A stretch of 64,000 nucleotides of DNA, from the NCBI RefSeq assembly GCF_963853765.1, contig NC_088860.1, forward strand, positions 9,672,001 through 9,736,000, written 5' to 3'. The stretch comes from Magallana gigas (taxonomy: Eukaryota). The translations under genes were made by a program, and so were the position numbers. The number at the start of each line of letters is the position of its first letter. The first letter of the stretch is position 1. Shown one piece after another: positions 38,328 to 51,521 of this stretch. The notes under the pieces are model-generated. The model saw only the letters and a list, made by a program, of their open reading frames with translations. It was not told where the DNA came from and did no database searches.

Positions 38328-38867
38328 TAAAAAATAGTTTTAAAGAGTATTATTTTCCTGCATAACCAGGAAAAATAAAATGTGTGTTTAGCAAATGCAG
38401 ATCCGGTTTCATTTCATATTGATAAGATACCTGTATATCAGGCCGCGTCACATTACAGCAAATCCTGTAGAAACTTAACAAGTATTTTGAATAAAATGGC
38501 TCAGCAGATTGTCACTAGGTAACTAAAAGACAGGCTTACCCGTTTCCAATATTTCAACACCTTTGCTATGATAGTATACATCGTATATTTGTAATAAAAA
38601 ATCTGTATGAAATATGTTATTGAACTTGAATGACACACTAGGCATAGCCAAATAATGTACTAGTATTACCGTATATCACTGTATGCTAAATAATACGATT
38701 AAAAAGAACATATTTGTCTAAAATTCTTTATATATTCATATATACCATTGTTTTTGTAACTTAGAACAGAAGAAATCGTATACAGTACGTGCACACATGT
38801 AAGATGTACACATTACATCTCTGTTTTGGCATATCACCGGTGGCTGCAATATCTTGGACCCTAAGCA

Positions 38868-39659
38868 TCATAGAGGTGGCAGCTGTATATGACTTCGGGA
38901 CTTAATCTTGTCTCCCTGCGATATATTTAGAGTCTGGAGCCACATCTCACATTTGCTGTGTAATTCACCGTCATTTTGACCTTGACCCTGAGGAGAAATA
39001 GCCTTGACATGATGAGGTTTATCACAGACTAAACCGGCTTGTAAGGCTTCGTAATACTTAGTGTCCTCTTTACTCACGTTCTGCTGGGGATTCAACGACA
39101 AACGGTCGTGTTTCTGTAAGTTTTCGCAAATAAGTGGCGAATGTAGATCAATTTTGACATTCGGAACAACTTGCTCGTCATCCAAGGACTCAGTGGAGGA
39201 GCCGCGACTTATGTTTGCTCTCCACGAGTAGCTACCTCTCCTGATTTTTGGTGTTGTTATCGGAGAGCTGTTCTGTACGGGCGTTGAAGGCGTGTCTTTC
39301 TGAGACAGACAACTCCTTTGACTTCCGGGAGAAGAAGGGGGCGTTGGTGTAGCCGACCCGGGGGTTACACAGGTCGGCTCGAACTGGAACCCCTGGACGA
39401 CCATCGGTGATCGCGGCGAACGACAATCCTGTATCATTGGCGCGCTCACATTATCGTCCACGATGTTCTCAAACGACTGTTTGATGTGTCGGCCATCTTG
39501 CTCCTCCAATAATTGGGGACAGGATCGCACTCTCGATAAGGACACATTCGATCCGCGTCTATTCATATCGCAAAAATCATCTTCCTCGTCACTGTGAAAA
39601 TCAGCTACATCTAAATTACGTTTCTTTAACTGTTTCGGTACATTTCTTTTCGATGCCAT
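38868..39659 (-). CDS. Uncharacterised 263-aa Ser/Pro-rich protein, single coding exon
   Basis: Long, GC-richer ORF with ATG in ATT-ATG-G context; no TE motifs; candidate acceptor TTTTTTGCAG at ~40165 opens the exon carrying the 5' UTR and CDS. No domain recognised. Confidence 0.75.
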   Translation of the reverse strand: MASKRNVPKQLKKRNLDVADFHSDEEDDFCDMNRRGSNVSLSRVRSCPQLLEEQDGRHIKQSFENIVDDNVSAPMIQDCRSPRSPMVVQGFQFEPTCVTPGSATPTPPSSPGSQRSCLSQKDTPSTPVQNSSPITTPKIRRGSYSWRANISRGSSTESLDDEQVVPNVKIDLHSPLICENLQKHDRLSLNPQQNVSKEDTKYYEALQAGLVCDKPHHVKAISPQGQGQNDGELHSKCEMWLQTLNISQGDKIKSRSHIQLPPL

Positions 39660-42600
39660 AATAATCCAAGAAACGATTTTCTTTAAAAAAAAAACAACAC
39701 TGCAAAATCAACACAGGGGTTACTTTGTATCCCAACACGTTCTACATCCAAAAAGAACTCAGGGTTTACTTTGTATCCCCAATCAAAATTTTTCCGCTGG
39801 TGTAATTAAAAAATAGAATACAACTTAAATGGGATCCAAGAATGAATCAATAGGTTGGTGTTTAAGTTTGCCACAGCCTGCGCCAGTGTTTGGCCAACCC
39901 TTCTGACCACAAGAACCCTTGTTTGTACTTCTGCTGTCACGGTGGTAAAAGATCAATACACACTATATAACTTCACTTTTTCACTCCTTTGATTCAAAAG
40001 TATGCATCCTGCTTTCACTATTTTTTTCTCTGAAGAGCTTCAAGTCAATGCTGTACTCTCTGTTCCTCTGTACACGCACTGTGTCAACACCTCCGGTTTC
40101 GTGTAACGAAAATCATCCAAAGGTAAAATATGTTTACAGCCATCCTTGTAACAACGGCTATTTCCTGCAAAAAATAGAAGAGTTATGCTTTAGATAAATA
40201 TCTTATTTCCGGCGTTTATTGATCCCAAGAGAAGGGAAAATTTCCTAAACAACCGTTTGAGAAGTTACAGTCTTAGTTAAATGTGTAAATAGGTCTTCTG
40301 AAACGGACACATTGTCAGGCAAACAATAAAGAAAAAGGAAGCACCGGACTAATGCTATTTTGATTGACTTGCACGCCCTCTATCGATTTAATCCGGGAGG
40401 ATAGAGCGTGATTTGCGCACACTGAGTCCCTTAAGTCAAAGTACGCAGATACCAGAACTGTTGATCTCGAAGGGTGACAGACAGTGTGGTTTAAGGGTTT
40501 TTTCTCTCAACCATTCCACTACACCCTAGATCTTTTTCCGATCATTACAAATCGTCTATTTACATTTAAATATTGAACAGTTTATTATTAGCTGATTTTT
40601 TACTATCAGATTTGGTGCGCTAACCGAATTTGGATGTCACGCTTCAGTTCGCTGCATTAAAACGGCGATTTATCATGAAAAGACATCAGTGGACTTGAGA
40701 CTATATTGCAATAACAATCTTAAGAATATTGATGTGGCTTATAATTGCTGCCCAATTCGATGACGACGAAATTTGTTAATGATTACGAGTTGAGCTGAAA
40801 AGAGACCTTTGTTTGCTAATGTATTCGAAACATAAAACGTTCAATACTCGACATTTGCAGTTTCTCTGTACTTTCTTACAAACCTCTTGTACATGACAGT
40901 GTTATACATAACTTTATAAACAATTCTCATTTTTTTCTGGTTTCAAGTCATTAGCCCTCGTTTCTTATATAAGTTGTTTTTAGTTAGCTGTCACAGACAC
41001 TGAAATAAATTAAACGAGCATCACTGTTACTTTAAAATATTGAGGAGACTTAATTATTACTGTTTTTATTTTGTTGCAAATTGAAACTTTTCCCGTTATA
41101 AATAAAAACGATTTTAGACCTTTTTCATACGTGTGTATGAATTATTATGGAACTAAAATATACTGGTGCATTTTAAAAATAAACTGATTAAGAAAAAAAA
41201 ACTTTTAGAGAATACGATGATGTGAATAAATACGCGAATTCTAAGTGCGCGTGACAATTAAATCTATTCATAGATATTTTGATAGCAATGATAATAATTC
41301 AAAATGTTTACGCACAATTGTTTAAACAGCAATTAAAAATATGATAAATTAAACCAATATAACCCAGACGAAAGTCGGTATGCGCAGTTTAATATTTCTT
41401 CGTGAATCATGAATGATGACGTAAGCAGAAGATATAATTTACTAATTGATTGTACAGCAAGTGGATTTGTGTTTAAATGACAACATCGTTAATAAAATCC
41501 CGAGAAATACTACCCTATCTAAAATATGAATCGATTCAATGAAATTAGTTAAAGATGATTATAGTTACCAATAAATCAGATGGTCAGTCGATCCGTTTGA
41601 ATATCTGAGGGCTCAGAACAGGCGTTGGAAGCGAATGGATTGTTTTATGAGTTGGCATACACTCACATTAAACATCCAATATGTTTATAGTACTTGACGG
41701 ACCGTTTTAACAAGAGCAGATGATCGATAAACTGTAACAGGAAGGAGATGTTTTATAATCGCGATTTTCCGAGGACCCTATTTTCGTCGCTCCGGGATCT
41801 CTACTTCCGCGTATTGCGTCGACAGAAATATAGAACCGTTTATATGCCTTGGCAGGTAACACTGGTTTGTAAACTAAAACGATGTAAGGAAAAGGGAGAA
41901 CTATTGGGTCTCATTTATCTTGCGACTTGCCAGGTGTTCTGTTTGTAGAAAGAACAGGGGTTTGATTTTTTTTTGTTTCGTTGCACCACCGCAAGCTCGT
42001 CAAGAACTGGATACATTGAGTAATGCAGTGACTGGCCATTATTGATAGACCCATGTTCTGTAGGCGAACGTCGGTGAATGCAGAACCTTATTGATAGCAG
42101 CAGAAAACATGTCGCCGAATTAAACGTTGGTCCACTTAGACTGTCCTTAGTTAAAGTCTGATTTAAAGATTGTGTATGTTGAGAAGTACAAGTGACGGTT
42201 AACAGTTGACAGGCAGCGGAGTAACCGATATTTTAACAACTTAATTTTTCGTTCATTAGATAAAGTATATAGATATTAATTTCGTGAAAAAAAAGAACGA
42301 AAAGTTTTTTGCTGAAAAATTAATTAGCTTTTAATTAAATTTATTCTTGCGTAATAAACTGCAAGTAAGCATGCAGTGTTTGTTTGAAAATATTTAATTG
42401 ATAAACAGTGATAACAAAACATAACGTGTAGTGATTGTCACAATGCCCATTTAATTGTTCAAACACACAAATTTTAAATTACATAACGTTTATTCTTCTC
42501 ATGAAACATGTCAACACGCACACAATTCAAATTACATAATTTTTGTTCTCATAAAATGACATGTTAATATATTCCATTTAAATTCCCACTTATAAAAGTT

Positions 42601-44370
42601 GCCTAAAGTACCATAACAATGAACTAAATTGATATTCGAACTGTTGAGTGAAATATCTGGGATTGTTTTGTTCGTAAATGGCTAGAATTTTACACCGTAT
42701 GGGCGTATTTATATTTGATCTTACCTGCGTTCTCACGTAAACTTGTTACGTCAAAAACACTTGACTTTTTTGATCCATGCACTGATCTCTTTGAATAAAA
42801 TGCAACCGAAGTGATTTCATGTTAACCCACCTACGTAAGAGACTTTACATCCTTAATCTCGTCCTATAACGTTTGCTTGTTGATGGAAGGATTTTTTCAT
42901 AGACTGTTTTGTCCAATTTCGTGCAATATGTGTTTGTGCGTAGGCTACTAAACACGATCTGTGAGTTATCACATGCATGCAGATGCCATAATTTGCTGCC
43001 AAGGGTGCAGGCATTTGAATCATCAAGCAATATTACAAGGACATTAGATTATGTTATTCCTAGAAATGGACAATAGGTTTGGGGATTTTTTTTTAATGAA
43101 ACAATGCATGTTTTGGAAATGTGCTGTACATGAAAGACAGTTTCTTTCTAGGGTTAACCTTTCTGCCTATTTTGGTTTAAAAAAATGATTCATAAAGAAA
43201 TCAGTTAAATGGACCCCAAAACATGGATGACTACTTTTCATAAAAATATAATTCAAAATGCACGGAGTTTTCCTGCTTCGATCAACAATTGCATTGACTC
43301 AACTGTCCAGCAAGAAGTGACTTCAATATAATTTTTATTTCATTTCTTTACATCATTTTCCCTTTTCTCTATTTCATTATAAGCAATCAAAGAAGCAAAC
43401 AACTATATATACAATCAAGCAAACAGACGACAGATCAAACAAACAAACAAACAAACAACGAAGCAATCAAAACAAAAACTATGGATTCCAAATGTAATAC
43501 AGTAATTTGTGTAGGACATGGTATTTCCCACAAATAACAATACCCCGATACTCTACTTTCGGTGAAACCTTTACTCAAACATTGCGACAAACATTATTGT
43601 CTTCTTCAGATTTCCTAGGAACTTGGTATCATTTTATTTCTGTTAATTGCCCCGATCTTCAATCAGGAAACTTACAAGAAACTTTTCTTAAAATTTAGAA
43701 TTTTTATAAATTACATCTTATAGTAAAAAATAGACCACGTTATATTGTTTGTACCGTGATATCAGTTTCGTTTTGACATAATTAAGAGACATTCTTAATT
43801 AATTATGTTTTTTGTTAATATATCTTCGTGTTTCAGAAATGTTTGCCATGCCCGTAGCTGTGTTTATTTTGTAATTTAAACAAGGAAGAAAGAACGGATA
43901 TCAAATTACATGAATCTATCAAAATGGATATTCCTGACTACACAATAAACTATAATTATAAAATAATGATAACAGGAACCACACAAGTATTACTGTGTAA
44001 GGGCACTCAACAGAAAGGGAAATAGAATAGATGCACACATGTATAGTAGCCTCCAAAACATTGCATTGTCCAGTAAAAGTATTGTCTGACAGATAGACGG
44101 ATAGACAAGGGAGCATGGTATGATTTGGTAATCAATAACAATTAAACTTCCATCACACATGTCAAACTTGCTTATATTTCTCCCTCAGGCATAAGTATCC
44201 CCCGTTGAGAACTTACCCTTTCTGGAAACAAAGCTACACATTGTAGTTTGCATATATGAAGTCTAAATTAGAATTGATTTTGTCCGGACATTGGTAAAGT
44301 TCATGCAATTAGCCAGCTCTGTTTCACACATCAAATATAAATATTGATTAAAATGTTTCAAACCCCTTAA

Positions 44371-44862
44371 AGGGGCATGGTCACGATTTTGGTCAAAAAT
44401 TATTTTTTCGATTTTAATGTTTACAATGCTTCAGTAAGGCATTTTTAATAGACAACAAAATATTTGAGAGTCATTCGGTGAGTTATTATCTAGTTACAGA
44501 GCTTACAATTCTTCGCTATGTAAACAAAACTTTTGTTAACATTTTGAATGTTGAAGTGAAAATTCCAGTTTTAGACCTAAAATGAGTGTGTTAATCGTTA
44601 GGAACTGTTTATTTATGCTTAAAATGAATGATAAGATTTACAAACCAGCTTTAAAAAGATTTTTTTCTGGTATATTGAACCTATGTAAACAAAAACAGGG
44701 CACGAGCCTTGTTTACATGACGAAGAATTGTAAGCCCTTTATCTTGCTTAAATTCAACGACTGGCACCCAAATTTCATTTGATCGTTAGAAATGCATTCC
44801 TAAAGCATTGCAAATAATAAAAACAGAAAAATAAAATTTGACCAAAATCGTGACCAAACCCC
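44371..44862. mobile_element. TTAA-flanked non-autonomous DNA transposon (Kolobok-like)
   Basis: TTAA|AGGGGCATGGTCACGATTTTGGTCAAA ... TTTGACCAAAATCGTGACCAAACCCC|TTAA. A TTAA target plus purine-rich termini is the Kolobok pattern (piggyBac termini usually begin CCC). Confidence 0.8.
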
Positions 44863-46424
44863 TTAACATTTAAACCAAAGTAACTATGTGGTATTTGGTG
44901 CGTCAGTAGTCTATTCAGATTCTCATTTACACCGCCGAGCATGTGCATTGCTCGAGATTCATGTGAAAGTGTTGTACAATATTTTCATTACTATATACCT
45001 CTCAATCAACTTAAGTTTTTATAAGGTAGGAGTTTTGTTAGCCTTGAATGGTCCATCACTAAAATATCTTAGTCAATTTTTGAATTTGGCACTAACCTTA
45101 TAAAACTTTTTTTGTTACAAGTGTGTTGCTTTGTCTGGTTAAACTTCTTCATTTTAAAAGTTTTCTTGATTTAAGGAAACTTTGCAACTCTCTTTACTTT
45201 TATAAAAATACATGACTAAACAGAAACCCTAACAAACAAGTAAGATACAAAGCAATATGTGTTACCAACGTATAATTTCTCAAATATCGAATCAGCTCTG
45301 ACATCATAATGCAATGCTTAAGTATTTACTAAATACTGCTCTTTGCATAATAAACAAGGTTCGTTGTTTTCATCGGACAATTACGTGACGAATGTTTCGT
45401 TGTCTTCGAGTTATCCGGTTAAAAATCGATAGGAAAAAACGGCTAATGACGATAATACCACTGAATGTTTGCATAATTGCATAAAACTACGATAATGGGC
45501 TTAACCTCTCTAATCTGGTTTGCAATCCCTGCAAACAATGTATTTTTCGTAAACTTGGTAGGGACACCTGATTGGGTTATCGTGTGTATTAAAGCATCTC
45601 GTGTATAATTTTGCATCATTTATTTTTTTTTAGTCTTGAAATTATGATTTAATACAATAATTATGACTTTTTCAGTACGATGTTAATATAATCTTCATTA
45701 AATGTGTTTCCATGAGTTGCGAATTGCGAATTTGTATGATATCATTGGTATTTGGACTTGGAAGTGGATTTAAATACAGTATGGTCGATTCTTTTTTTTT
45801 TAATTTAATACAAATGAACTGCATGTACTATACTGTTTGTACTTTGAAAAGTTGTTGATCATTTTTAGATTGAGGTACACATTGGAGCGACATCGCATAA
45901 AATTGATATAGGTCATCTGGCCACTTAAATACAATAACCTAATAACACAAGATTTGGTTTTAATGTCTTTTCACAACCAATCCTTGTATATGAAAATAAT
46001 GAAGGAAAGAAAACACGACATGCTTGTATCCTCAGTCAATTTGAAGAATATTGATCAGTTTGCATAAGACGTCATATTCGCTTCCAAACTGGGACAGTCT
46101 AAGCCGATGCAAATCTTTGCTATCAGAAGGTTGCAAATATAAGATTATTCAATGAATTAAAAAATAGACAGAAAATAAAAAGCAATCAATGAATAAAACA
46201 GAAAGTCACTCCAGAAATTCAGGGGGACAAAGGGCTTTGAATTGACGGATTAATCTAACCTGGAAGGGTTAATTGTGGTGTCGTCTGACTCTCTGACAAA
46301 TTCATTTAAATCTAGCACAGGTGCATGTTAGCAATCGAAAAATCTATCAATTGAAGACACAGTTCATTTGGTTTTGTTAATGTTTTACTGATATTTCGAC
46401 CTACAGAGAAACAGTAATGTACAT

Positions 46425-46692
46425 ACATTGAGTATTAATTACATACCATCTTTGTTAGTCAATGATCATACATTGAATATTAATTACATACCATCTTTGT
46501 TAGTCAATGATTATACATTGAATATTAATCATATACCATCTTTGTTAGTCAATGATCATACATTGAATATTAATTACATACCATCTTTGTTAGTCAATGA
46601 TTATACATTGAATATTAATCATATACCATCTTTGTTAGTCAATGATCATACATTGAATATTAATTACATACCATCTTTGTTAGTCAATGATT
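46425..46692. repeat. 45-bp minisatellite x6 with 90-bp higher-order period
   Basis: ACATTGAATATTAATYAYATACCATCTTTGTTAGTCAATGATYAT; variants alternate between units. Confidence 0.95.
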
Positions 46693-47114
46693 TACGCTCC
46701 ACTATACGCTCCCCACCTTTGCTGGCCAAGGGTTATCGGTTCACTCGGGGGGAGCGGAAAAGGCCGAAAATCCTTTGCTAGCGAAGACCTACTGATGTGA
46801 TTGAAAAAACCAACCAGGTTCTGCGGCCCATGCCTGATATTGCTACAAGTGTCTATGAAATCCAACAAGGATCGGTATGGTAGTATTTATGTAGGGGTTT
46901 TATTGTGTATGAATGGTGGATATGTTTTAACATGGAAATCAATAGCCAGTAAATTACGTCAGGTTAACCAAGGGATAAAGAAGTGACGGTGGTGTAAATT
47001 TATACATGTACTTACGCTTAGCACTCTGAATCAATATACAACTATTTCAAAGCTCTTAAACACAACATGCTCTGCATATATATAAAATGGATCCCCTAAC
47101 CGATACATTTTTAT

Positions 47115-47262
47115 NNNNNNNNNNNNNNNNNNNNNNNNNNNNNNNNNNNNNNNNNNNNNNNNNNNNNNNNNNNNNNNNNNNNNNNNNNNNNNNNNNNNNN
47201 NNNNNNNNNNNNNNNNNNNNNNNNNNNNNNNNNNNNNNNNNNNNNNNNNNNNNNNNNNNNNN
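47115..47262. other. Assembly gap (148 N)
   Basis: Run of N. Confidence 1.
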
Positions 47263-50032
47263 CGACAAAAACTAGTAATTAGCCATGACCTTATATCGAC
47301 AATTCCCGTAGGTGTTTGAATCAGCTGATTTGCTGTATACATGTATATAGTATCGTATTACGTAGTCGCTACGACCAGTAACACAATACTATTCATAATT
47401 TTAGATTGAGTATACTATTTTTGAACGATGAAATCAATTTTTTATAACTGGTAACCAATAGCAATAACACTAAGAATGAACAATATAATCATCTGCATTC
47501 CAAACAGAAGTAAATATTAACGGAGTATACAGTATGTGGCTTTTGACAAATATTTAGATTCTTAATAATAATAATAATAATATACAAGCGTATTTGTAAT
47601 TGTAAAAATTTTGATTATCAAGGATCATATTTTTAAAAAAAAGACATATAAAATGATTCTTTGCCAAGATCATTTTTTTTTTGTAAAATATATGTTTTTA
47701 GTTTTATTTATATTTTTTAATGAAACACCGCTCTCTGTATTACAAAGTACAGCCGCACTTTGAAAAGAAACGGGATCCAAAGAGTATTCACTCTGTATTG
47801 AACTTCAGATCAAAAAATTAAAAATGACACGCTCTGTGATAAAGGTTTGATGTGCATATAATTGTTTACTTACTTGATGAGCTTCTGTTCAAATCCTACG
47901 TATTAGCAACCTTGTGAAGTAATGAAATAGTATAAATATTCCAATTTACGTACACAGGTATTTTTTTTCGAAATTTGAAATCTTCGCAAGAAAACCTATG
48001 GCTCTTGCATCAGTAACATGGTTTTATAATCAAACCATTACTTTCCCAATAACAAAAATTCTGTCTGTATTGATTACGCTAAAGATTAAATAAAACTCTA
48101 CCTTTCCGTAATGGATAAAAATAATTTCCTTTTGAAAACACAAAGATAGGCTTATGTAATCAGCGCGATTCGCGACAGGCTGGGTTTGTGTTTGCACGCG
48201 ATACCATCTCCTTGGATATGCCTTTGAACATTTCAATACTCGCCCTCGAAACTGGCGCTTTGTTCGTCGATCTTGTTACTGGGACATGAAGAGAAGAAAA
48301 AATTAAAAGCTAGCAAAAATCAATATCAAGATCTGAAAATACGGCGCTTAATTCCAGATTTCAGTGCTAATTGACCGTCAAAAATATTTGATCAAGACCC
48401 CCTGTAATGTTACTTGGTGATGAACGTCATATTCTAGTGTACGATGTAACGAGAGACGAGAGAAGTTGAAAGGGACGCCCCTCTGTAACATCCAACTAGA
48501 AAAGTGAACTTATATAACAGGAATATGGCATCAGTTGGTTTTAATAAAATTCACCAGCAAGTTTGGTTTTCAATGTATATTCTTGTTCAGATATCACATA
48601 ACAGTTACAAACTCCATTCTTCAACATTCAATTAGAAACGTGCAGTTATATAGCAGGTGTATGGCATAGGTTGATCTTAATAAAATTAATCAGAAATTTT
48701 GATTTAAACGTCAGCTATAAAGATATGTTCTTGTTCAGAAATCAAATAACGTTGGTGAATCAATAACGACTGTTAATTTATTTTGAAACTAGGAAGCATA
48801 TCTATATAATTATTATTTTTTAATACTTACGCGCTGCGCGTATAAATATCTTCTTTCATCTAACAGCAAATATTCACATTATGAAGTAAAACCCCCAAGC
48901 TGTGCAGGAAATATCTCAAGCTCATCATCCGCAGACAGCTGAAGCAGACGAGAATAACCTTTAAATACCCTTTCCTTGCAGTCAACGGTTTCATCATTCG
49001 AAGCCAGACAACTGAAACAATCGATTGTTTTATTGTTCTCGTTGTTAATTGGACACTCAAACCTATACATGCTATTCATAAATTAAAAAAAAAATATCAT
49101 TTAATATCTGCTTACATACTTAAAAATACACGTTTTCGTCCTTCTATGATTTGCATTTTGGTTATCAGAGGTGCTAGTCCGCACATATCTAGTCTAAGAA
49201 TATTTTCACCCCCTCCCCTATTCTTAGACTCGTAGTTGAGATTTTTTTCTTTTTTTGAGAGTTCTCAACTTTAAATGGGGGAGGAGCCTAGAAAAAACGT
49301 AAGCCATTACGTGTAGCGTATGAGGACGTGATCGGCGTAAAGCTCGCCAAAGAAAGGCTTATAAGGAAAACTTTATATAACTGTTTTATAATACCATTTG
49401 ATCGCTTGGCGTTTGTCGTATGCGGAATCCAATATGCAGCAAACTGAAAATTCTTTTTCCAAAGTTTACCTAACCTGTAGTTAAGTGCAGAACATTTAAT
49501 TTTTTATGATTTACGCCCTTCCGTGTAACTATGACATCCCTTGCACACCAATCTTAGTGCAGCAATTCTATCTATGCGATGAACGTTTCCTAAAATTTGA
49601 TATTTATTTTGATTTTCCTTATTAGTATTTGTTCTAGCGATACAAATGACAGTGCCTCTCCACAGAGCTGAGATCAACCTTTAGCGGTTATTCTGTAAGC
49701 ACTGGAGCAGGCATTGGTTTGTGAATAGCATGAAAAATTGAAAAATAACACAAAACCTTGTTACAGAAGTGTCTGGCGGTGTACGAGTGTGTAGAGTCTG
49801 AGAACGTGGTAATGTTTGGTCAAAATGAACAAAAGACGAATTGAAGTGTTCCTCTTATCAACCTGATTTTCCTCATAATGTTTTTTTTTCGCGGACAAAA
49901 CGCGTTTTATACATTTCGAATGTGGTTTGTGTGGTCCAATGTCTGTGTTTCCTGTCAAAATTTGATTTAAAAAAAGGTGACTTTACAAAAACAATATAGT
50001 GGCAGTCACCTACAATACAGAATTTGTGGGGG

Positions 50033-50776
50033 TTTTTGCGTCACTCAGGTGACCCAGTTGCTATTGTTATTCGTCCGTCTTGGTGCGTCTCTTTTAAAAC
50101 TACAAGGCCAATTGCTACATTATTTTTATGTTTGATAATTTTATTAATACGAGGAATCAAAAAATCCAAATTGTGAAATTTTTTAAGACCTTAAAGACCC
50201 TCCCCCTCCCCAACTCGGGCTTCTTGTTTTCTGCCAAATATTAAAAAAATATGTGATATAAAAAAGAGTTAAAAGATTTTCAAAAAATCTTTTTCTCGAC
50301 TAAAAAGAAAACCTTTATAAAAATGGTGATGCCCTGTACCAAAACTGTAATATTTCATAGTCCCTAGGTCAAGGGTTAGTTCAAGCACTAGAGCGGGACC
50401 ATGCTGGTCATATGGTAAAAATGTAGTTGATTTGATATCTTAATACATAATCTTAAACTAACTCGTAACAATGTATTTCTAATTTGAAATATTACAAAGA
50501 TGATATGATATATATTTAATTAGGAAAAGGCAAGTCATTTAGTTAAACTAAAATGTTGACTTCCTGAAAGGCAGTTGCACTGATTTTGATGACGTCATTC
50601 ATACATGTAGTAATCTGCAAACACAATACTCTTGGGGAAAAAAACCTGAAACAAAACTACGCTATATGCTAATAAATGTGTGCAAAGATTTAAGCCACTA
50701 TTTACCGGCGTGTGCGTATCTTGTTACGAGCTTATTCTAAACTCGGGTAACCGATAAGGCCTGTGGGCATCTTGTT
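50033..50776 (+). mobile_element. HINE with a single diverged Cg170-like monomer
   Basis: 5' TTTT..GTCACTCAGGTGACC..TTGCTAT; 3' GGTAACCGATAAGGCCTGTGGGCATCTTGTT; internal GATGCCCTGTACCAAAACTGT..TTCATAGTCCCTAGGTCAAGGGTT. Confidence 0.7.
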
Positions 50777-51299
50777 ATTTTGTACAAAACGGATGTTAAA
50801 CCCTCCACGTTTAATACATATAGGCATACAAGTTACTGATTACAAAGCTTATTAACCAGGGCAGGCAACTGTACGTGGTCCACATCGCGCAATTGATGTC
50901 CATATAATTAAGTAAGATGATCAAATATTCTCCAATTATCCTAACCGTTTATGGTAGCCGGGGAGTTACATCGCGCACATTAACTCTCCTAATTCTCAAA
51001 TATTCATCGTCTAGTTTTGTTTCATGATCCCCTGCAACACGTATTGGGATTGTGGGATAATACTTAGGCTGTACAAAACTAATTCCATGTTTAATGTACC
51101 CACGCGCGTAGGTTTCATAGGCGTCGGAACCGGGGGGGGGGGGGCAAAGTTATACCTAACCATTAGAAACATAGCATGATAGAGGGTTCAGCCCCCCCCC
51201 CCCCCCCCCCCCCACTTTTTATCGCAGGAAATATTATTGTTCCCAAATTTACCTTGAAAGATTGAGAAGTTGGATTCAAAAGCATACTAGCCTAAAAAA

Positions 51300-51521
51300 T
51301 TAATTTTCTCGAAAATATGTCAACCAGACGCTACAAAAGTGTAAACTTGATCTCTAGTTTGACATTTTGAAGCTGTTCAGCAAATTTCATATTATTCCTC
51401 AAACGCATAAAGAAAAAAAGTGTGGAAAACTGAAGTGGGACAGACAGACGGACGGACAGACGGACTGAAGGACGCAGTGGAAAGCTATAGTCCCCTCCGG
51501 TGAAAACCGGTAGGAAACTAA
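51300..51521 (-). mobile_element. HINE-type 5' fragment
   Basis: On the minus strand: TTAGTTTCCTACCGGTTTTCACCGGAGGGGACT palindrome followed by a GTCC/GTCT microsatellite. Accounts for ORFs 51331 and 51399. Confidence 0.6.

Noticed and set aside
46425-46692. Minisatellites (also 38217-38327) as CRISPR-like arrays
   Set aside because: Units are contiguous with no unique spacers, and the context is eukaryotic.
46428-46781. Repetitive 117-aa ORF as a real protein
   Set aside because: It is explained by a 45-bp minisatellite; there is no ATG start or splice context.
48879-49958. Two short - strand ORFs (48879-49079, 49761-49958) as exons of another gene
   Set aside because: They could not be joined in frame and no domain was recognised; left unresolved.
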